Source: Acidimicrobiales bacterium (lineage in GTDB: Bacteria > Actinomycetota > Acidimicrobiia > Acidimicrobiales > Bin134). From it: a stretch of DNA of 64,000 nucleotides. The notes under the pieces are model-generated. The model made no database searches and had not been told where the DNA came from. It worked only from the letters and a program-made list of their open reading frames with translations. Each line of letters opens with the position of its first letter. The stretch's first letter is position 1. The DNA lies in contig OY760141.1 of NCBI GenBank assembly GCA_963663255.1, forward strand, positions 1,641,580 to 1,705,579, written 5' to 3'. Of the stretch, positions 1 to 11,035 are shown piece by piece. A program made the translations under genes and the position numbers.

Positions 1-1
1 A

Positions 2-247
2 GGCCTGCTGGAAGAGCGGATCTTCCGCAGCGCCTGGTGGATAAACGTGCTGGTCGCCGCGGTTGCCACCGCCGGCGGACTGCTGGTGTACGCGGTGCTA
101 GGCGAGCTGCTGGGCGAGGCCAACCTCTATACCGATCGTCTGTACGTGGTCATGGGGGTGGCTGCGGCCTACAACCTGGTGCTGAGCCTTCCCCTTCTCG
201 GCCTGTGGCGCTGGTCGTGGCCCAGGCTTCTTGGAGAAGAGCGATGA
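2..247 (+). CDS. mreD: Rod shape-determining protein MreD, C-terminal part (5' end outside window)
   Basis: Frame is open from the window edge (GLLEERIFRSAWWINVLVAAVATAGG...). Hydrophobic helices. Stop TGA 245-247 overlaps ATG 244 of the PBP2 gene (ATGA). mreD-mrdA-rodA is the usual elongasome order. Confidence 0.55.
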   Translation, partial: GLLEERIFRSAWWINVLVAAVATAGGLLVYAVLGELLGEANLYTDRLYVVMGVAAAYNLVLSLPLLGLWRWSWPRLLGEER

Positions 248-2274
248 GTCCCGAGTCGCTCCGCTTGCGGTTGAGTTTTTTGGCACTTTTGGCCCTATTG
301 GCTTTCGGGGTGCTGGCCGCCCGGCTCTGGTACCTCCAAGTGATGAGCTCGGAGGAGTTCGTAGATCAGGCTGCCGCAAACACCATCAGGGTGTTATATG
401 AGCCCGCTCCCCGGGGGCGGATCTTCGACCGCAGCGGGAATGTGCTGGTGGACAACCGGGAGTCCTTGGTGGTGACCGTGGACCGGTTCACTTTCGACAC
501 CGAGTTCGACGAGGACGGACAAGATGCGCTGGTACTGCGCCTGGCCTCCGAGATCAGCCGGGCAGGCCGACTCACCAAGGTGTTCGAGATCAACGAGGCG
601 CTGGACGATTCCCGCTTCGGCCCGCTCGATTCGGTCCCGGTGGCCGACGACGTCACCGAGAACTTCGAGATCATCCTGGCTGAGCGGGCTGATGAGTTTC
701 CTGGTGTGAGCACCGACCTCCGCAGCGTTCGCACCTATCCCTACGGCGACTTGGCCGCCCACATTCTGGGCTATGTCTCCTTGCTCAGCGAAGAGCAGTT
801 CGAGCTGGTAGCCGACGACCCCAAGACCTACCGGAGAAATGACGAGATCGGGCAGACCGGCATTGAGGCAGCCTTTGAGTCGGTGCTGAGAGGAGTTCCC
901 GGCCACACCCGGCTGGAAGTGGACAACGTCGGCGATCCGGTGCAGGTGATCGAGCAGGTTGACCCGGTTGCCGGTGCCGATGTCCACCTCACCTTGGACA
1001 TCGACATCCAGGCGCTGGCCGAACAAGAGCTGCTCGCCGGTCTGGCCGAAGCCCGCCAGCAAGAGCGAGATGAGCCCGAAGACCTCCCCTTCAGGGCCCC
1101 CGGCGGCGCCATGGTGGTGCTGGATCCCAACGGAGCAGAAGTGCTGGCGATGGCGTCGTTCCCCACGTACTCGCCGAGCGAGTTCGTCAGCGGCTTCTCC
1201 GACGAGCGGTGGGCGGAGCTTCAGGATCCCAACAACCACCAGCCCTTGCACAACCGGGCCCTGGCCGGCATCTACCCGCCGGGGTCCACGTTCAAGCTCT
1301 TCACCGCCTACGCCGCGCTGAACGGCGGCGTGATCGGGCCTCGGGGAGTGTTGGACACGCGCACCCTCTATGAGGACGCCGGGGTCTACGTAGTGCCGTC
1401 CTGTGAGGAGGAGTCGATCGCCTCGTGTACCTTCAAGAACGCAGAAGAGGCCATCTATGGGCCGGTCGATCTGGTCCGAGCCATCACCGTGTCGTCCGAC
1501 GTGTACTTCTATTACCTGGGCGACACCATGGATCGAGCCGACCGCTTCGACCGGGAGGGCATCCAGCGGACTGCGTTGCTGTTCGGCTTCGGTGCCCAGA
1601 CCGGTGTCGCGCTGCCCGGCGAGGGGGTGGGCCGGGTGCCCTCTCCAACGGCGGCAGAGGCCGCAGGGGAGCCATGGCGAACCGGCGACTCCATCGTTTT
1701 GGCCATCGGCCAGGGCGTGCTGGGCGCTACCCCCTTGCAGCTGGCCAACGGGTACGCCGCGTTCGCCAACGGGGGCACTCTGTATGCCCCCAAGATTGTG
1801 GACCGGGTCGAGAACCCGGTCACTGGAGAGGTGAATCAGGCCTTTGCCGACCGGGTGCTCAACCAGGTCTACTTGCCCGAATCCATCCGAATTCCGATCC
1901 TCGAAGGCCTGCTCGGCGTTACCAGCGAGGTGGACGGCACCGCCTATTTCGCATTCGGCGGATTTCCCCATGAGCAGTGGTCGGTGGCGGGCAAGACCGG
2001 CACCGCCGAAGTGGTGGGCAAGGCCGACAATTCGCTGTTCGCCGCCTTCGGCCCCAATCCCGACCCCGAGTATGTAGTCGTAGCGATTATGGAGGAGTCG
2101 GGCTTCGGGGCGTCGGTGGCCGCTCCCGCAGTGCGCCGCGTGCTGGAACCCATTGCCACCGACTCGGTGCCCGCGGTGCGCACCATCGACGATCTCGCCG
2201 ATCTGAGCGAGCCGGTTGATGGCGCGGAGACCGACGAGGATGGAGTCGAGGCTTCATCACAGGGGCCAGGCTGA
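244..2274 (+). CDS. mrdA: Penicillin-binding protein 2 (peptidoglycan D,D-transpeptidase)
   Basis: N-terminal TM helix (LSFLALLALLAFGVLAA). Transpeptidase motifs STFK (SxxK), SSD (SxN/D) and KTGT. The listed ORF start at 37 lies inside mreD; ATG 244 (MSPESLRL) fits better. Confidence 0.9.
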   Translation: MSPESLRLRLSFLALLALLAFGVLAARLWYLQVMSSEEFVDQAAANTIRVLYEPAPRGRIFDRSGNVLVDNRESLVVTVDRFTFDTEFDEDGQDALVLRLASEISRAGRLTKVFEINEALDDSRFGPLDSVPVADDVTENFEIILAERADEFPGVSTDLRSVRTYPYGDLAAHILGYVSLLSEEQFELVADDPKTYRRNDEIGQTGIEAAFESVLRGVPGHTRLEVDNVGDPVQVIEQVDPVAGADVHLTLDIDIQALAEQELLAGLAEARQQERDEPEDLPFRAPGGAMVVLDPNGAEVLAMASFPTYSPSEFVSGFSDERWAELQDPNNHQPLHNRALAGIYPPGSTFKLFTAYAALNGGVIGPRGVLDTRTLYEDAGVYVVPSCEEESIASCTFKNAEEAIYGPVDLVRAITVSSDVYFYYLGDTMDRADRFDREGIQRTALLFGFGAQTGVALPGEGVGRVPSPTAAEAAGEPWRTGDSIVLAIGQGVLGATPLQLANGYAAFANGGTLYAPKIVDRVENPVTGEVNQAFADRVLNQVYLPESIRIPILEGLLGVTSEVDGTAYFAFGGFPHEQWSVAGKTGTAEVVGKADNSLFAAFGPNPDPEYVVVAIMEESGFGASVAAPAVRRVLEPIATDSVPAVRTIDDLADLSEPVDGAETDEDGVEASSQGPG

Positions 2275-3428
2275 TGGCCGTAATCTCCCTGGAGGAGCGC
2301 CGTTCCCGAGAGATGGACTCCCGGAGCAGCCTGTACGCGCCGTGGATGCATATCGACGTGCTCCTGGTGCTGGCCGCGGCTGGCTTGGCCGCCATCGGCG
2401 TGGGGGCCATATACAGCACCACTCGGGGACGAGACCCGGAGAGTTTCGACACCTTCTTCTTGGAGCGGCAATCGCTGTTCGCGGTGGCTGGGGCGCTGTT
2501 GATGGTGTTCGCGGCGTGGGTTCCCTATCAGGAGCTGGCGAAGTTCGCAGTGGCCATCTACGGCGTTGGCATTCTGGCGCTGATCGTGGTGCTGGGACCG
2601 CTGGGCGAAGAGGTCAACGGCGCCCGATCGTGGTTCCGATTCGGCGACTTCCAGCTTCAGCCCTCGGAGTTTCACAAGCTAGCGGTGATCGTCGCCGTGG
2701 CCGCTTTCCTGTCCCGCTTCGAAGACCACATGAGCGCGTCCCGGGTGTTCTTTGCCGTGGGCATTGTGGCGTGGCCCGGCCTTCTGGTTCTGCTCCAGCC
2801 CGATGTGGGGACGGCGCTGATCTACGTGTTCATCGGGTTCGTGCTGCTGCTGATCGGCGGGATCCGCTTCCGCCAGGTCATCGGCATCGCCCTGATCGCC
2901 GCCACGGTGGTGGTGCTGATGGTCAACTCCAACATGCTGAAGGAGTACCAGACCAACCGGCTTCGCACCTTTGTGGACCCGACCAGCGATATCACCGAGG
3001 CCGCGTACCAGCAGCGCCAGGCCCAGATCGCCATCGGCAACGGCGGAGTAAACGGAACCGGCTACGGCGAGGGCTCCCAGACGTTGAGCGGGTTGGTTCC
3101 CCAGCAGCACACCGACTTCATCTTCACCGTGATCGGCGAAGAGTTCGGTTTCGTCGGCTCGGCCATCACCCTGGGCCTATACGCCCTTTTGCTGTTGCGG
3201 ATACTCCAAGCCGCCCGCCTGGCCCGAGACCGGTTCGGCGCGCTGATCTGCTCCGGGGTTTTCGCCATGATTCTGTTCCAGATGTTCGAGGCGGTGGGCA
3301 TGACCCTGGGCATCACACCCATCACCGGCATTCCCCTGCCCCTGGTGTCCTACGGCGGCTCTTCGGCCATCGCCACCCTCATCGGCCTCGGCCTGGTGGT
3401 GAACGTCCGCATGCGCCGGTTCGTTTGA
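2274..3428 (+). CDS. rodA: SEDS-family peptidoglycan glycosyltransferase RodA (FtsW/RodA/SpoVE family)
   Basis: Polytopic membrane protein with family motifs QPSEFHKLAVIV, PDVGTALIY, TDFIFTVIGEEFGFVG and PLPLVSYGGSS. TGATG 1-nt overlap with mrdA. Confidence 0.9.
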   Translation: MAVISLEERRSREMDSRSSLYAPWMHIDVLLVLAAAGLAAIGVGAIYSTTRGRDPESFDTFFLERQSLFAVAGALLMVFAAWVPYQELAKFAVAIYGVGILALIVVLGPLGEEVNGARSWFRFGDFQLQPSEFHKLAVIVAVAAFLSRFEDHMSASRVFFAVGIVAWPGLLVLLQPDVGTALIYVFIGFVLLLIGGIRFRQVIGIALIAATVVVLMVNSNMLKEYQTNRLRTFVDPTSDITEAAYQQRQAQIAIGNGGVNGTGYGEGSQTLSGLVPQQHTDFIFTVIGEEFGFVGSAITLGLYALLLLRILQAARLARDRFGALICSGVFAMILFQMFEAVGMTLGITPITGIPLPLVSYGGSSAIATLIGLGLVVNVRMRRFV

Positions 3429-3503
3429 AACTGGAAACTGGGCAGTCCAATGCACCGGTTTGATTGAACTGGTTCTGCCATTCCGACAGCCGAATGTAGA
3501 TTA

Positions 3504-5459
3504 GTGCTGATGTCCCTTTGGCCGGAATTGGAGCTGGTGCTGCCCGACGTGTCCAAACCGGCGCGCTACATAGGCGGAGAGGGCGGGATGGTGGAACCGG
3601 AGCACCATCCGTCGAAGGTGGCGTGGCTGCTGGCCTACCCCGACACCTACGAGATCGGCCTGCCCAACCAGGGTCTCCAAATCCTCTATGAGATCCTCAA
3701 CGAGCGGGACGACGCGGTGGCCGAGCGGGCCTATGCCCCCTGGGTGGACATGGAGGCCGAGATGCGGGCCGCAGGACTGCCGCTGTTCTCGGTGGACACC
3801 CACAGGCGGGCGGCAGATTTCGACGTGCTGGCCTTCAATCTGTCGGCCGAGCTGGTGTACACCAACGTGCTCAACTGCATCGACCTGGCCGGCGCGCCGG
3901 TGCGGGCCGAACGCCGGGCCGACAGCGACCTGCTGATCGGCGCCGGGGGGCACTGCACCTACAACCCCGAGCCGCTGGCCGACTTCGTCGACTTCTTTGT
4001 ATTGGGCGACGGCGAGGAAGCGGTCTCCGAAATCAACGCGGTGGTCCGCGACTGGAAGCGGGCCGGCAAGAAGTCGCGCCAAGCCGTGCTGCGGGAGCTG
4101 GCCACCGTCGAGGGTGTTTACGTGCCGTCGCTGTACGACGTGGCCTACGACGGCCCGGCACTGGTGTCGATTACTCCGCGGTTCGCCGATGTGCCCGCAG
4201 TGGTGGAGAAGCGCACGGTGGCCGACCTGGCTGCCTGGCCCTATCCCAAGCACCAACTGGTGCCGCTCACCGAGGTGGTCCACGACCGGCTGAACGTGGA
4301 GGTATTCCGGGGCTGCACTCGGGGATGCCGCTTCTGCCAGGCGGGGATGATCACTCGCCCAGTGCGGGAGCGGCCCGCCGAGCAGGTCCGCACCATGGTG
4401 GCCGACGGGCTGGCCCGCTCCGGCTATGACGAGGTGGCGCTGACCTCGCTGTCCACTGCCGATTTCAGCGGGATCGAGGAGGTGGTGTCAGCCACTATGG
4501 ACTGCGGCGCCGGCGAGGTGTCGGTGTCGCTGCCCAGCCTGCGGGTGGACGCCTTCACGGTGGGGCTGGCGGCCCAGATCCAGCGGGCTCGGCGCACCGG
4601 GCTGACCTTCGCCCCCGAAGCGGGTTCGTGGCGAATGCGCCAGGTGATCAACAAGCTCATTGACGAGCGGGACCTCTACGGGGCGGTGGAGTCGGCTTTC
4701 TCCCAGGGGTGGCGGCGCATGAAGCTCTACTTCCTCACCGGTCTGCCCACCGAGACCGATGAGGACACTTTGGCCATCGGAGAGCTGGCCCGCAACTGCG
4801 TGGATCTGGGCAGAGCTCACACCAAGAACCCTTCGGTGACGGTGTCGCTGGGCGGGTTCGTGCCCAAGCCGTTCACCCCCTTCCAATGGTTCGGCCAGAA
4901 CACCGTGTCTGAGCTCCAGCGCAAGATCTTCTTGCTGCGCGACGACATCAAGCGGAACCGGGGCGTCCAGATGAAGTGGCACGATCCCAAAGCCAGCATG
5001 GTGGAGGGCATCGCCAGCCGGGGCGACCGCCGCATCGGACGGGTCATCGAGGAAGTGTGGCGCCAGGGGGGCACTTTCCAGGAGTGGTCTGAGCACTTCG
5101 ACTACGACCGCTGGACCCAGGCCATGGAACGCAACGGGCTGTCGGTGGACTGGTATGTGCACCGACACCGCACCGAAGACGAAGTTCTGCCCTGGGATCA
5201 CGTTTCGGCCGGTCTGCACAAGGACTTCTTGTGGCAGGACTGGAGGGACGCCCTCAACGAGGTGGGTTTGGAGGACTGCCGCTGGACCCCGTGCTATGAC
5301 TGCGGCGCCTGCACCGGCTACAGCATCGAGCACATTGTGGCCTCTGCTGTTCCCCCCGCCGGGGGCAGCCAGGGCACCGGCCAAGTCCCGGCCGGGTACC
5401 AGCCTCCCGCGGCAGTGGCCGTTCAGCTCTCCGGCTCAGGCACAAGGGCTTCGTCGTGA
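3504..5459 (+). CDS. B12-binding-type radical SAM protein (TIGR03960-like, function unknown)
   Basis: CxxxCxxC cluster motif in FRGCTRGCRFCQAGM. N-terminus LWPELELVLPDVSKPARYIGGE is typical of the family found upstream of rne in Gram-positive bacteria. The start could be GTG 3504 or ATG 3510. Confidence 0.85.
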   Translation: MLMSLWPELELVLPDVSKPARYIGGEGGMVEPEHHPSKVAWLLAYPDTYEIGLPNQGLQILYEILNERDDAVAERAYAPWVDMEAEMRAAGLPLFSVDTHRRAADFDVLAFNLSAELVYTNVLNCIDLAGAPVRAERRADSDLLIGAGGHCTYNPEPLADFVDFFVLGDGEEAVSEINAVVRDWKRAGKKSRQAVLRELATVEGVYVPSLYDVAYDGPALVSITPRFADVPAVVEKRTVADLAAWPYPKHQLVPLTEVVHDRLNVEVFRGCTRGCRFCQAGMITRPVRERPAEQVRTMVADGLARSGYDEVALTSLSTADFSGIEEVVSATMDCGAGEVSVSLPSLRVDAFTVGLAAQIQRARRTGLTFAPEAGSWRMRQVINKLIDERDLYGAVESAFSQGWRRMKLYFLTGLPTETDEDTLAIGELARNCVDLGRAHTKNPSVTVSLGGFVPKPFTPFQWFGQNTVSELQRKIFLLRDDIKRNRGVQMKWHDPKASMVEGIASRGDRRIGRVIEEVWRQGGTFQEWSEHFDYDRWTQAMERNGLSVDWYVHRHRTEDEVLPWDHVSAGLHKDFLWQDWRDALNEVGLEDCRWTPCYDCGACTGYSIEHIVASAVPPAGGSQGTGQVPAGYQPPAAVAVQLSGSGTRASS

Positions 5460-5506
5460 ATCCGACTGGCCAGCAAGTTGGGCTGGGAGCTTCGTCGTGA
5501 ATCCGA
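5448..5506 (+). repeat. 18-bp perfect direct repeat GCTTCGTCGTGAATCCGA (5448-5465 and 5489-5506, period 41 bp) spanning a gene junction
   Basis: Read directly. Copy 1 contains the radical SAM stop (TGA 5457-5459). Copy 2 contains the DUF2344 start (GTG 5497-5499). Confidence 0.9.
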
Positions 5507-6228
5507 ACGAGGCGCCCCGCACCCGGGTCAGGCTGCGGTACGGCAAGAACGGTCGAATCCGGTTCACCAGTCATCGGGACATGGCCCGCATATGGGAGCG
5601 CTCGCTGCGGCGGACGGGGCTGCCGGTGGCCCAGACCGAGGGATTCTCGCCCCGGGCCAAGCTGCACTTCGGGCTGGCGCTGGCCACCGGGTACGAGTCA
5701 GACGCCGAGTATCTGGACATCGACTTCAAGTGCGCCGAGATGGCGGTAGGCGACGTGCTGGACGCCCTGGTCAGCGTGCTGCCTGATGGGATTGCCGCTA
5801 CTGGGGGATCGGTGCTGGCCCCTGGGACGATGTCGTTGCAGCAGGCGGTCACCAGCTGCGACTGGGACATCGAGCTGCTGGGCGCGTCGGCCGACGATCT
5901 CGCCCGATGGGTGGATAAGGTGCGCGGGGCGACTACGCTAATGATCACGCGAGAACGCAAAGGCAAACAGATCACCGACGACTTGGCCCCTCAGGTGCGT
6001 GTCCTGGAGGTCGGTGAGCCGACGAGCCGGGGGGTTCGCCTCTTGGCCACTTTGGGCACCCAGCCACGGTCAGCTCGACCGTCGGATCTCTTTGCCGCTT
6101 CCGAACTGCCGTACCGACCGGTGCTGGTTCGGCGCACTCGTCAATGGATTGAGCAGGATGGCGCCCGCTTGGAGCCACTTGAGGTCGGCGCAGCCCCTGC
6201 TCAGCGCACCCTGGTTGGTGTGCAATGA
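5497..6228 (+). CDS. Radical-SAM-associated protein (DUF2344 / TIGR03936-like)
   Basis: RVRLRYGKNGRIRFTSHRDMARIWERSLRRTGLPVAQTEGFSPRAKLHFGLALATGYES matches the DUF2344 pattern. GTG 5497 is the first in-frame start after the upstream stop and has GGGAG 7 nt upstream. The listed start at 5155 lies deep inside the previous gene. Confidence 0.75.
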   Translation: MNPNEAPRTRVRLRYGKNGRIRFTSHRDMARIWERSLRRTGLPVAQTEGFSPRAKLHFGLALATGYESDAEYLDIDFKCAEMAVGDVLDALVSVLPDGIAATGGSVLAPGTMSLQQAVTSCDWDIELLGASADDLARWVDKVRGATTLMITRERKGKQITDDLAPQVRVLEVGEPTSRGVRLLATLGTQPRSARPSDLFAASELPYRPVLVRRTRQWIEQDGARLEPLEVGAAPAQRTLVGVQ

Positions 6229-6243
6229 GAAAGGACCACATCG

Positions 6244-7902
6244 ATGACCGACTCAGCAGAGCGGACCCCCAACCGGTCCGACGACGGCAATAGGGAGAAC
6301 CGCCCCAAGATCGGGGATTCCCGCCCCGCGCCCCCTTCTTCTCAGAACCGCCCCAAGATTGGGGATTCCCGCCCCGCGCCCAGTGGCAACGGATCGGCTG
6401 CCGGCGGGGGCCCAGGTTCAAGGGGCAGTGGATCTGGCGGGGGTTCGGGGGGTAGCGGTTCTGGCGGGGGTCGCAAGCGCCGTCGCCGCCGGGGCGGCCG
6501 AGGCCGAGGACGCGGGGGTGGGAACCGCCCGGTGCAGCCGGTGGAGCACCAAGTGTCCGACGGCCCGGTGGAACTAGATGAGAAGACCCTGGAGCGCCGT
6601 CGGGGCCGGCGCCGCAAGGGCCGTCCGGTAGGCCGTTACATGATGTTGGTCCAGGTCCGCCCCGAAGTCACCCAGATAGCGGTGGTGGAGGGCCGGGCGC
6701 TGATCGAGCACTATGTCTCCCGCCCCGCGGACGATGTGGGCGAGATCCACGGCAATATCTACATGGGCCGGGTCCAGAATGTGCTGCCCGGCATGGAAGC
6801 CGCCTTTGTGGACATCGGCACTCCCAAGAACGCGGTGCTGTACCGAGGCGATGTGGTGTTCGATCCCGATGACGTGGAGACATCCCAGGGCACTCCTCGA
6901 ATCGAGAACCTTTTGGAGGCCCGCCAGACCATTATGTGCCAGGTCACCAAGAACCCCATCGCCCATAAAGGCGCCCGGCTGACCCAGGAGGTGTCGTTGC
7001 CGGGCCGGTTCGTGGTGCTGGTGCCCAGCTCCAAGATCTACGGCATCTCCAAGCGGCTGCCCGACAAGGAGCGCAAGCGCCTCCGCAAAGTGCTGGACCG
7101 GTGCAAGCCCGAAGAGCACGGGATCATCGTCCGCACGGCGGCGGAGAACATCACCGCCAAGGAACTGGAGCGCGACGTGAAGCGGCTGGTCTCCCAGTGG
7201 GAGAAGATCGACGCCCTGAGCAAGCGCAGCCAGGTCCCGGGACTGCTCTACCGGGAGCCGGAAATGGCGGTGCGGGTGATTCGAGAGGAGTTCAACCAGG
7301 ACTTCCGCTCGGTTCACATCGACGATAGCCGGCTCTTCGAAGAAGTCAGCGACTACGTGTCCAGTGTGGCTCCCGAGCTGGTTGAGAGGCTTGAGTACTA
7401 CGACGCAGAGAGCGAGCATCTGAGCCTGCTTGAGCGCCATCATGTACACGAGCAGTTCGTCAAGGCCTTGGACAAGAAGGTGTGGCTGCCCGGCGGCGGC
7501 TCGCTGATAATCGAGAACACCGAGGCCCTTACGGTCATCGATGTGAACACCGGAAAAAACGTGGGCGATTCCAACCTCGAGGAAACCGTGTTCCGCAACA
7601 ACTTGGAGGCGGCTCAGGAGATCCCCCGGCAGCTCCGGCTGCGCGACATAGGCGGGATCATCGTCATCGACTTCGTGGACATGGAGAAGCGGGGCAACCG
7701 CGAAGAAGTCATGAAGGTCTTCCGGGAGTCGTTGGCCTGGGACAAGACCCGCACCCAGGTACTCGACATCTCCGATTTGGGCTTAGTGGAGATGACCCGC
7801 AAGCGCATCGGCGAGGGGCTGTTGGAGTCGTGCTCGACGGTCTGCCCGACCTGCGAGGGGCGGGGACTCGAGCTGGATCGCCAGCTCACCGCCAAGAAGT
7901 GA
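6244..7902 (+). CDS. rne: Ribonuclease E/G family endoribonuclease
   Basis: S1 domain (GNIYMGRVQNVLPGMEAAFVDIG). Catalytic-core motifs VIDVNTGK and GGIIVIDFVDM. Zn-link-like CPTCEGRG. Arg/Gly-rich N-terminal extension. GAAAGGA lies 9 nt upstream of the ATG. Confidence 0.85.
   Translation: MTDSAERTPNRSDDGNRENRPKIGDSRPAPPSSQNRPKIGDSRPAPSGNGSAAGGGPGSRGSGSGGGSGGSGSGGGRKRRRRRGGRGRGRGGGNRPVQPVEHQVSDGPVELDEKTLERRRGRRRKGRPVGRYMMLVQVRPEVTQIAVVEGRALIEHYVSRPADDVGEIHGNIYMGRVQNVLPGMEAAFVDIGTPKNAVLYRGDVVFDPDDVETSQGTPRIENLLEARQTIMCQVTKNPIAHKGARLTQEVSLPGRFVVLVPSSKIYGISKRLPDKERKRLRKVLDRCKPEEHGIIVRTAAENITAKELERDVKRLVSQWEKIDALSKRSQVPGLLYREPEMAVRVIREEFNQDFRSVHIDDSRLFEEVSDYVSSVAPELVERLEYYDAESEHLSLLERHHVHEQFVKALDKKVWLPGGGSLIIENTEALTVIDVNTGKNVGDSNLEETVFRNNLEAAQEIPRQLRLRDIGGIIVIDFVDMEKRGNREEVMKVFRESLAWDKTRTQVLDISDLGLVEMTRKRIGEGLLESCSTVCPTCEGRGLELDRQLTAKK
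6297..6381 (+). repeat. In-frame 48-bp-period tandem repeat inside rne (37-nt cores at 6297-6333 and 6345-6381, 1 mismatch)
   Basis: GAACCGCCCCAAGAT(C/T)GGGGATTCCCGCCCCGCGCCC occurs twice and encodes NRPKIGDSRPAP twice. Confidence 0.9.
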
Positions 7903-8017
7903 GCGTGGTCAGCCCCCGTTGTCGGCGTGAAGCGTTAACGGTTGGGGTCGACGCCCGGTGGTTCGTCTAGAATCGTCCTTCGGACCTGCCAGCAGGTAGT
8001 GAGCGAGGCGCAAGCAG

Positions 8018-8323
8018 GTGTATGCCGTCATCCGCACAGGCGGAAAACAGTACAAAGTGGAACAGGGCCAGGTCCTAGACGTGGAACTGCTGGGCGAGCC
8101 CGGCGCGGAAGTGGAGTTGACGCCGGTGCTGCTGGTGGACGGCGACTCGGTGACCGCTGCCCCCGAACAGCTCGGCAAAGCCACGGTCACCGCTACGGTG
8201 GTGGACTCGGTAAGAGACCGCAAGATCAACGGTTTCACGTACAAGAACAAGAGCAACCAGCGTCGGCGGTGGGGCCACCGCCAGCACAAGTCCCGCATTC
8301 GGATCACGGCCATCAAGGCCTAG
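8018..8323 (+). CDS. rplU: 50S ribosomal protein L21
   Basis: MYAVIRTGGKQYKVEQGQVLDVE is a canonical L21 N-terminus. rplU-rpmA-obg synteny. Confidence 0.95.
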   Translation: MYAVIRTGGKQYKVEQGQVLDVELLGEPGAEVELTPVLLVDGDSVTAAPEQLGKATVTATVVDSVRDRKINGFTYKNKSNQRRRWGHRQHKSRIRITAIKA

Positions 8324-8347
8324 TCCGAACGCTGAGGGGAGCTAGAG

Positions 8348-11035
<2,688 letters not shown>

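Noticed and set aside
394-1971. 525-aa ORF antisense to the PBP2 gene. Similar long antisense or alternate-frame ORFs occur elsewhere, for example 30686-32308(-), 39887-41560(-), 45491-46372(-), 59983-61485(-), 11556-12638(+) and 39154-40281(+).
   Set aside because: They overlap strongly recognisable genes. They are rich in Arg/Gly/Pro/His with no motifs, and are the expected stop-codon-poor shadow frames of high-GC DNA.
6225-6247. Two ATGA tetramers 19 bp apart at the DUF2344/rne junction, considered as a third relay-ORF junction duplication.
   Set aside because: There is no sequence repeat around them. The ORF from the first ATG does not end on the second ATGA, because the period is not 2 mod 3.
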